A stretch of DNA of 64,000 bases from Selenomonadaceae bacterium (lineage in GTDB: Bacteria > Bacillota > Negativicutes > Selenomonadales > Selenomonadaceae). Below, one piece after another: positions 45,992 through 55,416 of this stretch. Position numbers and translations under genes: made by a program. The notes under the pieces were generated by a model. The model saw only the letters and a program-made list of their open reading frames with translations. It was not told the DNA's origin and ran no database searches. The stretch lies in contig JAFVEM010000046.1 of NCBI GenBank assembly GCA_017476005.1, forward strand, positions 16,000-79,999. Direction: 5' to 3'. How positions within the stretch are numbered: position 1 is the stretch's first letter; each line of letters begins with the position of its first letter.

Positions 45992-47425
45992 ATGCAAGAA
46001 AATTTTACGGTCTCGCCTTGGCATGAGGAATGTGGGGTTTATGGAGTTTATTCTCGCGCCGAGGACGTGGCGGAAATGACTTACTACGGCCTTTACGCTC
46101 TGCAACATCGAGGACAGGAGAGCGCCGGTATCGCCATTACCGACGGCGCTTGGATGGATGTCAATCGTGGCATGGGGCTGGTAGGCGAAGTCTTCAGGCA
46201 TCAGCTCCCCCACATGGAGGGACAATATATTGCCATCGGCCATGTGCGCTACTCCACCACCGGCTCCAGTCTTTTGAGCAATACCCAGCCGCTCATGGTG
46301 AATTTTTCCGGGGGGAAAATCGCCCTCGCCCATAACGGCAACCTCACCAACGCCGCCGAAATTCGTCACGAGCTGGAAGAGAACGGCACTACCTTTCAAA
46401 CTACCATTGATTCGGAAGTCATAGTCAATTTAATTGCTCGCTCTCGCGCCGCCACCATCGAAGAGCGCATCAGAGAAAGCCTTAGCAAGATAAAAGGGGC
46501 TTACTGCCTAACGCTGATGACGGAGAATAAACTCATCGGCGTTAGGGATCCTCAAGGCTTCAGGCCTCTTTGCCTAGGGAAAACCGAGGCCGGCTCTTGG
46601 GTAATTTCCTCCGAAAGCGCCGCCCTTGATGTAGTCGGAGCAGAATTTATCCGGGACGTGGCGCCGGGAGAAATGGTGGTCATTGACGACGAGGGACTCC
46701 GTTCCTATGAATTTGCCACCAAGGAAAAACGCGCCGCCTGCGTCTTTGAGTACATTTACTTTGCCAGACCCGATTCGATAATTGACGGTCAAAGCGTCCA
46801 CGAGGCCAGATTCATGATGGGGAGGATGCTGGCCAGAGAAAGCGGCTGCATGGGTGATATTGTGATTTCCGTGCCGGATTCCGGCAATACGGCGGCATCG
46901 GGCTTTGCCGTGGAGGCTAAAATCCCCTACATGGAAGGTTTGGTGAAAAATCGTTACGTTGGCCGCACCTTCATTCAACCCTCCCAAAAAAAACGGGACA
47001 AGGCGGTGCAGTTAAAACTAAATCCCATTCGCTCCGTGGTGGCGAGTAAAGCCGTCATTTTGGTAGATGATTCCATCGTGCGCGGCACCACCAGCGGCAA
47101 AATCGTCAAGATGCTGAGAAACGCCGGCGCCAAAGAAGTGCATATGTGCGTAAGTTCTCCCCCCATCGGTTTTCCTTGCTACTACGGCATTGACACTTCC
47201 ATTCGCAAGGAGTTAATCGCCGCCTCCAAAACAGTGGAGGAAATCTGCGCTTATATCGGCGCCGATTCCCTGCATTTTTTGTCTTTGGATGGTTTAAAGG
47301 CCGCTTTCTCTGCCGCCCAAGCGGAAAACATGTGCTACGCCTGTTTCAACAGCGCTTACCCGGTGGAGCAGGGAAAATGTCCTCGGAGCGCCGGAAAATA
47401 CGTTTTCGAGCCTAGGAAATGTTGA
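45992..47425 (+). CDS. purF: amidophosphoribosyltransferase
   Basis: The propeptide ends in EECGVYG (Ntn cysteine), with the PRPP loop VILVDDSIVRGTT. ATG 45992 gives a 13-residue propeptide. Confidence 0.9.
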   Translation: MQENFTVSPWHEECGVYGVYSRAEDVAEMTYYGLYALQHRGQESAGIAITDGAWMDVNRGMGLVGEVFRHQLPHMEGQYIAIGHVRYSTTGSSLLSNTQPLMVNFSGGKIALAHNGNLTNAAEIRHELEENGTTFQTTIDSEVIVNLIARSRAATIEERIRESLSKIKGAYCLTLMTENKLIGVRDPQGFRPLCLGKTEAGSWVISSESAALDVVGAEFIRDVAPGEMVVIDDEGLRSYEFATKEKRAACVFEYIYFARPDSIIDGQSVHEARFMMGRMLARESGCMGDIVISVPDSGNTAASGFAVEAKIPYMEGLVKNRYVGRTFIQPSQKKRDKAVQLKLNPIRSVVASKAVILVDDSIVRGTTSGKIVKMLRNAGAKEVHMCVSSPPIGFPCYYGIDTSIRKELIAASKTVEEICAYIGADSLHFLSLDGLKAAFSAAQAENMCYACFNSAYPVEQGKCPRSAGKYVFEPRKC

Positions 47426-47427
47426 GC

Positions 47428-47578
47428 ATGGGGCTTTGCCCCATACCCCACCAAAGGGCTTTGCCCTCTGGACTTCCAGCAGGGACTTTCGCCCCTGCAC
47501 CCCATAATAAGTTTATTAAAGGGTGCAGGGGGATTATCCCCCTGCTGGGGTTTGGGGCAAAGCCCCAAAAATAAAAAT
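47428..47578. repeat. full-length stacked-hairpin repeat, inverted relative to copy A (copy D)
   Basis: Its reverse complement is collinear with 10401-10543, module by module, with paired (compensatory) stem substitutions. It begins 3 nt after the purF stop. Confidence 0.85.
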
Positions 47579-47592
47579 ATAAGGAGGGACAT

Positions 47593-48651
47593 ATGGCAGA
47601 AGAACTTACATATCGCGCCGCCGGCGTGGATATTGATGCCGGCAATCGCGCCGTGGAAATGATAAAGAAAAGCGTTCGCGCCACTTATCGCCCGGAGGTT
47701 ATGGGGGACTTGGGCGGTTTTGGCGGCCTTTTTGCCCTAAACCCGAAGTATAAAGAGCCGGTGCTAGTGTCCGGCACCGACGGCGTCGGCACGAAACTGA
47801 AACTGGCTTTCAGGCTGAATAAACACGATACCATCGGGCAAGATGCGGTGGCCATGTGCGTCAACGATATTTTGGTGCAGGGAGCGGAGCCGCTTTTCTT
47901 TTTGGATTATTTGGCGGTGGGGAAATTAAACCCGGAGCAGGTGGCGGAAGTAGTTAAGGGCGTGGCGGCGGCTTGCAAGGAATCCGGGTGCGCCCTGATT
48001 GGCGGCGAAACGGCGGAAATGAGCGGTTTTTATCCGCCGGGGGAATACGACATCGCCGGATTCGCCGTGGGAGTGGTGGAAAAAGAACGCCTCATCACCG
48101 CGGCGCTGGTGAACGAAGGGGATATTCTCTTGGGACTGCCGTCCTCTGGGCTTCACTCCAACGGCTATACCCTAGCGCGAAAAATTGTTTTTGAGCGTCG
48201 GCAAATGACCGGTAGCGAATACATCCCCGAACTCGCCAAAACTATCGGCGAGGAACTTTTGACACCCACGCGGCTGTACCCGAAAATTATTTTGCCCCTG
48301 CTCGCAGAATTTGCCGCAGCTGTTCGCGGCTTGGTGCATATCACCGGCGGCGGCTTCTACGATAATATCCCTCGGGCGTTGCCGAAGGGTCTCGCGGTAG
48401 AAATAAATAGCGACGCATGGGAAAAGCCCCCCATTTTTTCTTTGCTACAAGCGTGGGGCAATGTGCCTTGGAAGGAAATGTATCGGACTTTCAACATGGG
48501 CATAGGCATGGTCGTTGTGGTGGCGGCGGATAAGGCCGGAGCGGTACGGGAGTTTTTGACCGCGCAAGGCGAAAAGTGCTACGAAATTGGCCGGGTCACC
48601 ACGGGAGAGGGTGTCACCATCAGAGGCGAGGTTTTTGACCATGCCGACTAA
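47593..48651 (+). CDS. purM: AIR synthetase
   Basis: [12 protein letters not shown]...GTDGVGTKL...DYLA. Confidence 0.9.
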   Translation: MAEELTYRAAGVDIDAGNRAVEMIKKSVRATYRPEVMGDLGGFGGLFALNPKYKEPVLVSGTDGVGTKLKLAFRLNKHDTIGQDAVAMCVNDILVQGAEPLFFLDYLAVGKLNPEQVAEVVKGVAAACKESGCALIGGETAEMSGFYPPGEYDIAGFAVGVVEKERLITAALVNEGDILLGLPSSGLHSNGYTLARKIVFERRQMTGSEYIPELAKTIGEELLTPTRLYPKIILPLLAEFAAAVRGLVHITGGGFYDNIPRALPKGLAVEINSDAWEKPPIFSLLQAWGNVPWKEMYRTFNMGIGMVVVVAADKAGAVREFLTAQGEKCYEIGRVTTGEGVTIRGEVFDHAD

Positions 48652-49282
48652 AGAACGCTTAGGAGTGCTTTGTTCCGGCCGCGGCACGGATCTACAATCC
48701 ATCATTGACGCCATTGACCGGGGCGAAGTCAACGCCGAAATAGCCGTGGTGTTGACGGACAAACCTAACGTCATGGCGCTGGAACGCGCCGCCAAAGCCA
48801 AGATAAAAAATCTTTGCGTCAATCGACAGGAGTTTGCGAGCCGGGAGGATTTTGAACGCGCATTGGTGCGAGAACTCCAAGCGGCAAGTGTTACCTTGGT
48901 GGTACTGGCCGGCTTCATGCGGCTCCTCAGTCCCTATTTCGTCCACGCCTACCAAGGCCGCATCATGAATATTCACCCCTCTCTTTTGCCCTCCTTCGGC
49001 GGCGCTCACGCTCATCGTGACGTTTTGGCCTACGGCGTTAAGGTTTCGGGTTGCACGGTGCATTTTGTGGATGAGGGCATGGACCGCGGCCCCATTATTC
49101 TGCAAGAGGCTGTTCCCGTGTGGGAAAACGACACGGAAGAAACACTAGCGGCTAGAGTACTCGAAAAAGAACACCTCGTTTACCCCAAGGCCATTCAGCT
49201 TTACTGCGAGGGTAGATTGAAAGTGGAAGGACGTCAGGTGCGGATTTTGGATTTCGCTGGGGGCAAGGAAAATGGCCAATAA
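48641..49282 (+). CDS. purN: GAR formyltransferase
   Basis: [16 protein letters not shown]...NIHPSLLP...[20 protein letters not shown] 48641 overlaps the purM end by 11 nt. Confidence 0.85.
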   Translation: MPTKERLGVLCSGRGTDLQSIIDAIDRGEVNAEIAVVLTDKPNVMALERAAKAKIKNLCVNRQEFASREDFERALVRELQAASVTLVVLAGFMRLLSPYFVHAYQGRIMNIHPSLLPSFGGAHAHRDVLAYGVKVSGCTVHFVDEGMDRGPIILQEAVPVWENDTEETLAARVLEKEHLVYPKAIQLYCEGRLKVEGRQVRILDFAGGKENGQ

Positions 49283-51050
49283 GGTTGTAGTCATCACCGT
49301 GACCAAAATCGAATCGGATATCGTGGAGAGCTTCGTGCGTCACACGCTGACCTTTGCCGATGAAATCATCATCGCCGACAACGGCAGTAGCGACGGCACT
49401 TGGGAAATTCTGCAACACTTGCGCGACGAAGGACTGCCCCTGCACTGTCGGCGGCTCCTGCCCAAAGTGGAGTTTGCCCACGACGAAATGATGCTGTCTT
49501 TGCTGTGGGACGCCTTGGATAATCACGGAGCCGATTTGGTGTTGCCCTTGGATACCGACGAGTTTTTAATCGGCACGGAACCGGGCATTTCCTGCCGTGA
49601 CGTGCTCCGTAAGCTACCGAGCGACGACATCTACGCGCTGAAATTGGTGAAATACAATCCCGAAGTCCCCTATGTGGATTCCACTGCCTTCTTATTGCAA
49701 GGTATTTGTCGGCGCGAGGCGCCGCCGCGTGAGGTAAAAACCTACAAGGTGGTGGTGGGCGCCAAAGGATTGCCGCCGGGACGCACCTTTCGTTATGTCC
49801 CCGGTTGTCACAGCGCCTACGCCGCGTTGCCTTCGGGTGACGAAAACATTACCCTCACCGCCTTGCCCGATCTGCACTTGGCTCATTTTCACTGGCGCAG
49901 CGACGAGCGCTACCTAATCAAGTCCATCCTTGGTTGGCCGGGCATGGTATGCCAATATACGGCTTATACGGCGAACTGCTCATACATGAAGGACATCTAC
50001 GAAAGCATCATCCGCGGAAACCGTCAAGGGTTCCAACCGTCATTCGGTACCAAAAGCGAAAGCGTGAATATCGCCTCCTACTGCGCTCCTCAAGTCATGC
50101 GCTACGGTAACGAAGCCAAATTAGACGGGCTGGCCACCTCCATGTTGGAATGCGTCAAGATAGCCGAAGCCTACGTTGAGGAAAAAGTCCTTCGCTTGGT
50201 GCGCCGCGTTGACCTGCTATTGCCTTACTTTGGAGACATGGCGGCTCTGCGCCAAGCGCTTTGTTTGGCGCGAGAGCAGACTTATCCCCATATCAACCTG
50301 TTCATACTGAACTTGACCGCCAGCGACATACCACCAGGCTCATTGCTTGACGGTTCTCCCGTTGCCCGGGTCATACCGCTAGCCGGAATATCCCACGAAC
50401 AAGGCGAGGCCACCTTAAATCGCGAACTCAATGGTGATTACGTTCAGTGGATTTTGCCGGGAAGTTACTTAGAGCCGCCCCATGTGAACCGCTTGCTAGC
50501 GCTGACCGAAACCCAAAGTATGCGACTGTCGCTGTATATGTTCAGTGGAGCCGCGCCTTTTACGCCGTTGCATCCCTATGTGGATCTGTGTGGCGCCTAC
50601 AGTTACGATAACGTCGATGCCAAAAAACTTTGGCCGCGACTGTTGGCGCAAGGTCGCTATCCGGTGGGCGGACTTGATAATCTCCTGTTGCCGCGACAGG
50701 TCATGCACGATTGTCACTGGTTGCTAGCTTGCCTGACGGCCACGGGATTGCAACTTATGTCCGCGTGGCGAGCGCTGCTCGGCGTTACCGCTAAAATTTT
50801 CGTGACTCGCGGCAACGCTACGGCCACGCGTTGCGTAACTGCAGAGGAATACATTTATCACCAACTGGACTGGTTCAATCTGCTGAATGAGGACAACAGC
50901 TTACTCGACGATGAGGGATTGCGCGCGGCTTTGGCTCTGTGGCGCGACAATTATTTGTCCCTCAGCGCTAACGAATCATTGCGAAATACTGAGGCATGGT
51001 CGGCCTATGCAAAGACCGCCGCTATTTTTTTCTCAAGAGGTGCACTATGA
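49272..51050 (+). CDS. two-domain GT-A (family-2-like) glycosyltransferase-like protein embedded in the pur operon
   Basis: N-terminal [38 protein letters not shown]...LDTDEFL (DxD motif). A second GT-A-like module begins around [10 protein letters not shown]...[10 protein letters not shown]. It overlaps purN by 11 nt and the IMP cyclohydrolase gene by 4 nt. Confidence 0.65.
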   Translation: MANKVVVITVTKIESDIVESFVRHTLTFADEIIIADNGSSDGTWEILQHLRDEGLPLHCRRLLPKVEFAHDEMMLSLLWDALDNHGADLVLPLDTDEFLIGTEPGISCRDVLRKLPSDDIYALKLVKYNPEVPYVDSTAFLLQGICRREAPPREVKTYKVVVGAKGLPPGRTFRYVPGCHSAYAALPSGDENITLTALPDLHLAHFHWRSDERYLIKSILGWPGMVCQYTAYTANCSYMKDIYESIIRGNRQGFQPSFGTKSESVNIASYCAPQVMRYGNEAKLDGLATSMLECVKIAEAYVEEKVLRLVRRVDLLLPYFGDMAALRQALCLAREQTYPHINLFILNLTASDIPPGSLLDGSPVARVIPLAGISHEQGEATLNRELNGDYVQWILPGSYLEPPHVNRLLALTETQSMRLSLYMFSGAAPFTPLHPYVDLCGAYSYDNVDAKKLWPRLLAQGRYPVGGLDNLLLPRQVMHDCHWLLACLTATGLQLMSAWRALLGVTAKIFVTRGNATATRCVTAEEYIYHQLDWFNLLNEDNSLLDDEGLRAALALWRDNYLSLSANESLRNTEAWSAYAKTAAIFFSRGAL

Positions 51051-51640
51051 AAGTAAAACGCGCGCTGATTAGCGTCTCGGATAAAACCGGCGTGGTGGAA
51101 TTTGCCAAAAGTTTGACGGAGGCCGGAGTGGAAATAGTTTCCACGGGGGGAACCATGAAAGCGTTGAAGGAAGCCGGCCTACCCGTTACCTACGTCAGCG
51201 ATGTTACCGGTTTCCCCGAAATTATGGACGGTCGGGTGAAGACCTTGAATCCCTACATTCACGGCGGTATTTTGGCGGTGAGGGACAATCCCCGTCATAA
51301 GCAGGAAATGCAGGAACATAAAATCACCCCCATTGACCTCGTGGCGGTAAATCTCTATCCCTTCAGAGAAACGGTGATGAGGCAGAACGTGACGCTGGCA
51401 GAAGCCGTGGAAAATATCGACATTGGTGGGCCGGCCATGATCCGCGCCGCCGCCAAGAATTTTAAATTCGTGACGGTAATTACCAGTCCCACCCGTTACG
51501 CCGAGGTGGCCGCCCTTATCAAAAAAGACGGTTGCGTCAGCGGTATGTTGCGCATGGAACTGGCGCGAGAAGCCTTTGCTCACACGGCGGAATACGATGA
51601 CGCCATTCAAAAATACCTCAGCGAGCAGGTGGCAAAATGA
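51047..51640 (+). CDS. purH: IMP cyclohydrolase (MGS-like N-terminal domain of PurH only; no AICAR transformylase domain)
   Basis: [21 protein letters not shown]...[22 protein letters not shown]...[16 protein letters not shown]. It ends after about 197 aa, at the position of the inter-domain linker of bifunctional PurH. Confidence 0.85.
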   Translation: MKVKRALISVSDKTGVVEFAKSLTEAGVEIVSTGGTMKALKEAGLPVTYVSDVTGFPEIMDGRVKTLNPYIHGGILAVRDNPRHKQEMQEHKITPIDLVAVNLYPFRETVMRQNVTLAEAVENIDIGGPAMIRAAAKNFKFVTVITSPTRYAEVAALIKKDGCVSGMLRMELAREAFAHTAEYDDAIQKYLSEQVAK

Positions 51641-52911
51641 ACATTTTGATTATCGGCTCCGGAGGGAGAGAACACGCCCTCGCTTGGAAAATCGCCCAAA
51701 GCCCTCGGTGCGAAAAACTTTACGCCCTGCCCGGCAATCCCGGAATGGAAGAAATCGCGGAATGTTTGACGGGGCTTAGTATTGAAGATAATGAAGCGGT
51801 AGTTAGGATGGCTAAAGAAAAGTCTATCGACCTTGCGGTGATAGGCCCCGAGGTGCCGCTGATGAACGGCCTCGCCGACGCGTTAGAGGCCGCCGGTATT
51901 AGCGCTTTCGGCCCCAGTCAGAAGGCGGCAGCCATCGAAGGCTCCAAGGCTTTTGCCAAGGACATTATGAAAAAATACGGCATCCCCACGGCTAAATACC
52001 AAACGTTCAGCGAGGCGGCGACGGCCAAAAAATATATTGCAGAGGAAGGCGCCCCCATCGTGGTAAAAGCCGACGGGCTAGCAGCCGGCAAAGGGGTTAT
52101 CGTGGCCGCCACCTTAGAGGAAGCTCTGGCGGCGGTGGATGACATCTTCGGGGGAGCTTTCGGCGCGGCCGGCGCCAAAGTGGTTATCGAGGAATTTATG
52201 CAAGGTGAGGAAGCCTCCCTCCTCGCTTTCACTGACGGCAAAACCGCCCTCCCCATGCTTTCCTCGCAAGATCATAAGCGAGCCTACGACGGCGACAAGG
52301 GGCCAAATACGGGGGGTATGGGTACTTACGCTCCGGCGCCCGTCATGACCGCTAAAATGACCCAAGAAGCCACGGAAAAAATCTTGCAGCCCATCATTGC
52401 CGCCATGGCCAAAGAAGGCCGCCCCTTCAAAGGTTGCTTGTACGCCGGTTTGATGATTACCGAAGAAGGCCCTAAAGTAGTGGAGTTCAACGCCAGATTC
52501 GGCGACCCGGAGACGCAAGTCGTTCTGCCGCTCCTGAAAAGCGACTTGGTGGAAATAATGCTCGCTTGCGCCGAGGGCAACCTAGACAAACAAAAGATTG
52601 AATGGGAAGACGGCGCGGCGGTATGCGTGGTGCTGGCCTCCGGCGGCTATCCCGGCAAATACGTCAAGGGCTATCCCATTGAGGGACTGACGGCCGCTAA
52701 AGAGGCGGCTATGCTGGTTTTCCACGCCGGTACTAAAAGGCAAGGAGCCGAAATCGTTACCGCCGGGGGACGGGTCTTAGGCGTGGTGGCTAAGGCAAAA
52801 GATATTCCCTCCGCCGTAAACAAGGCTTATGTGGGAGTATCCCTGATAAAATTTAAAGATGTCCATTATCGCCATGATATTGCCCATTTAGCCATGAAAA
52901 AACGAGGCTAA
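51637..52911 (+). CDS. purD: GAR synthetase
   Basis: [18 protein letters not shown]...[13 protein letters not shown]...[10 protein letters not shown]. Confidence 0.95.
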   Translation: MNILIIGSGGREHALAWKIAQSPRCEKLYALPGNPGMEEIAECLTGLSIEDNEAVVRMAKEKSIDLAVIGPEVPLMNGLADALEAAGISAFGPSQKAAAIEGSKAFAKDIMKKYGIPTAKYQTFSEAATAKKYIAEEGAPIVVKADGLAAGKGVIVAATLEEALAAVDDIFGGAFGAAGAKVVIEEFMQGEEASLLAFTDGKTALPMLSSQDHKRAYDGDKGPNTGGMGTYAPAPVMTAKMTQEATEKILQPIIAAMAKEGRPFKGCLYAGLMITEEGPKVVEFNARFGDPETQVVLPLLKSDLVEIMLACAEGNLDKQKIEWEDGAAVCVVLASGGYPGKYVKGYPIEGLTAAKEAAMLVFHAGTKRQGAEIVTAGGRVLGVVAKAKDIPSAVNKAYVGVSLIKFKDVHYRHDIAHLAMKKRG

Positions 52912-52925
52912 CAGAATAATACGCC

Positions 52926-52960
52926 AAAAGGCGCAGACACTTTTACGGTCTGCGCCTTTT
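52926..52960. terminator. bidirectional terminator between purD and queF
   Basis: AAAAGGCGCAGAC-acttttacg-GTCTGCGCCTTTT. Confidence 0.75.
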
Positions 52961-53454
52961 TACCTGTTATCCACTTTTTCCAGATTCGTCAAATCGTGCT
53001 CCCACAAGCGATGGTCGGCTAGTTTTTCATACTTGGTGCCGGGGTGTCCCCAGTTGGCGTAAGGGTCGATGGAGATGCCGCCCCGGGGCAGGAATTTTCC
53101 CCACACCTCGATATAGCGCGGCTCTAACAACTTTATGAGATCCTTCATGATGATGTTTACCACGTCTTCGTGGAAATCCCCGTGGTTCCGAAAGCTCACT
53201 AGGTACAGCTTCAGGGATTTGCTCTCCACCATTCTCTTATCCGGGAGGTAAGCGATATAAAGGGTGGCGTAATCCGGCTGGCCGGTGATGGGGCATAAAG
53301 TGGTAAATTCCGGGCAGTTGAATTTCACCCAGTAATCGTTCTCCGGGTGCCGGTTGGCAAAAGTTTCCAAAAGTCCCGGGTCGTAGTCATACGCATAGGC
53401 TGTTTTTTTATTGCCGAGGAGAGAAAGCCCCTCGGCTTCTTTTTCTCTGGGCAT
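52960..53454 (-). CDS. queF: NADPH-dependent 7-cyano-7-deazaguanine reductase
   Basis: [25 protein letters not shown] (catalytic Cys) and SLKLYL.SFRN; 164 aa, unimodular type. Confidence 0.9.
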   Translation of the reverse strand: MPREKEAEGLSLLGNKKTAYAYDYDPGLLETFANRHPENDYWVKFNCPEFTTLCPITGQPDYATLYIAYLPDKRMVESKSLKLYLVSFRNHGDFHEDVVNIIMKDLIKLLEPRYIEVWGKFLPRGGISIDPYANWGHPGTKYEKLADHRLWEHDLTNLEKVDNR

Positions 53455-53470
53455 TACTTTCTCCTGTCAT

Positions 53471-55189
53471 TCATTCCATAGCCATAACGCTGCCGTGCAG
53501 AAACTTCGCCTCAAAATCCGGCACGGCCTCCGGCCGTCCGAACAGATAGCCCTGAATGGAATCGGCGCCGCACTCGGAGGCCAGTAGCTCATACTCCGCT
53601 TGCCCTTCGACTCCTTCGATGCAACTTTTCAAGCCGATACTGTGACAAAGCTCCACGGTGTATTTTACTAAACGGCGGTCAAAATCGCTTTCGAGGATTT
53701 TTTTCACAAACTCTCGGTCAATCTTTACGATGTCGCAGGAAAGATTTTTCAGGGAAGACAGCGAGGAGTAGCCCGTGCCGAAATCGTCCATGGCGATGGC
53801 AATGCCTTGTTCCCTAAAAACAGCGAATTGCTGATTGACAAAATTCCAATCCGCCACGATTTTGCTTTCGGTCAGCTCTAAAATAACCGCTTCCGGCGGC
53901 AAGCCGCTTTCCTTGATGCACTCCACCACAAATTCCTGAAAGCCGGGATCGCGCACCTGTTCGTAGCTTAAATTCACGCTGACGCGAAAATCAGGTTGAG
54001 TTTGCCGCCACTTTTTGCAGACGACGAGGGCTTCGCGTAAGATCCACTTGCCCACGGGGATTATTAGCCGGGTTTCTTCCAGTATGGGGATAAATTCCAT
54101 GGGGGATACCATGCGTCCCTTGGCGTTTTGCCAACGCAGAAGGGCTTCGGCGCCGATGAGTTTTCGTTCGCGCGCGCTGACTTGGGGCTGAAAGTACAGC
54201 TGGAACCCGGCGCACCCGGCCTCCACGCTGGCTCTAAGGCTATCCCGTAGGGAAATGGCGCGCACCCAACGATTGTACTGTTCTTTGCTGAAGAGACAGT
54301 TGCGGTTTTTGCCGTCCTGCTTGGCGATGTCCATGGCCGCTTCGGCGTGTTTGTGCAACACCAAATAATCCTTGCCCGACTGGGGGTAAAAAACTGTTCC
54401 CGCCGACACGGTGCAGAAAAAATTCTGGCCGCCGATGAGTGTCGGCTGGGCGAGGGAGCCTTGAATAGCGGTAAAGAGTCCGGCCACCTGCTCCTCCGTA
54501 GCCTTGGGGTAAATCAGGCCGAACTCATCGCCGTCCAGTTTGTAGAGAGTCAACGTCTGCGGCAGAATATCCGCGACGGTCTTGGCCACATGTTTTAGCA
54601 CCATGTCCCCTACCGTGCGGTTGCGCGTCTCGTTGACGATCTTAAAATTATCTAGGCCAAAGACCATTACCGCGCCCCCATCCCCGGTGGCGCGAAATTC
54701 CCCTAAGGCCATTTTGACGCTGTGTTCAAATTGGTATTTATTCAAAAGTCCCGTGATTTCATCGGCCTTATTGCGCCGCGCCATCTTGTTCATCATGCCG
54801 ACAAAGATGGCAGGTCGCCCCTCCTGATCCGTTCCCACTTGGCCGGTGGCTCTAATCCAGACATACTCTCCCTTGCGGTTTTTTACTCGGTATTCCCGGA
54901 AATACTCGCCGGTGTTTTTGCCCTCCAGCACATCGCGAATGGTGGCCAGATAAAACCCTCGTTCCTCGGGGTGTATCAGGGGACTCCAGTAGCTGTCCAT
55001 ATCCTCTAAAACCTCCGCCGGAAGTTCAAATTCCTGCACCATTCCGGGGGAGAGCATCACCACGTTGTTTTGCAGGTCGCTACAGAACATATAGGCATCG
55101 GTAGTTCTTTTTACGAGGTCAAAAAAGAATTTAAAACGCTTGAGAAGTGGGGTCAGGGGGACACGACTTATCTTTTTCATGTTCGTCAT
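53471..55189 (-). CDS. PAS - degenerate GGDEF - EAL protein (probable c-di-GMP phosphodiesterase)
   Basis: EAL-domain blocks are intact (EALLRW, ELTES, DDFGTGYSS, KIDREF, EGVE). The GGDEF site reads LDGDEF. Confidence 0.85.
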   Translation of the reverse strand: MTNMKKISRVPLTPLLKRFKFFFDLVKRTTDAYMFCSDLQNNVVMLSPGMVQEFELPAEVLEDMDSYWSPLIHPEERGFYLATIRDVLEGKNTGEYFREYRVKNRKGEYVWIRATGQVGTDQEGRPAIFVGMMNKMARRNKADEITGLLNKYQFEHSVKMALGEFRATGDGGAVMVFGLDNFKIVNETRNRTVGDMVLKHVAKTVADILPQTLTLYKLDGDEFGLIYPKATEEQVAGLFTAIQGSLAQPTLIGGQNFFCTVSAGTVFYPQSGKDYLVLHKHAEAAMDIAKQDGKNRNCLFSKEQYNRWVRAISLRDSLRASVEAGCAGFQLYFQPQVSARERKLIGAEALLRWQNAKGRMVSPMEFIPILEETRLIIPVGKWILREALVVCKKWRQTQPDFRVSVNLSYEQVRDPGFQEFVVECIKESGLPPEAVILELTESKIVADWNFVNQQFAVFREQGIAIAMDDFGTGYSSLSSLKNLSCDIVKIDREFVKKILESDFDRRLVKYTVELCHSIGLKSCIEGVEGQAEYELLASECGADSIQGYLFGRPEAVPDFEAKFLHGSVMAME

Positions 55190-55416
55190 CCTCTTAAACT
55201 TCTGAGGCTGGGCGAAAGCTCAATCTATAGCAGGCAGACCATTCGTTCAGTCACAAAAAACTTTTATACTCACAAGCATATCATAACTCATTGTGACCGC
55301 CTTGGCAAGAAATAATCTGTGAAGGGGCGGCTCTCATTTTTCGGCCAACTTTTTCTTGTGTTTCCCCGTGGAGGTGTTATACTGGATATACGCCAAGCAC
55401 GTCAACGACATGAGAG

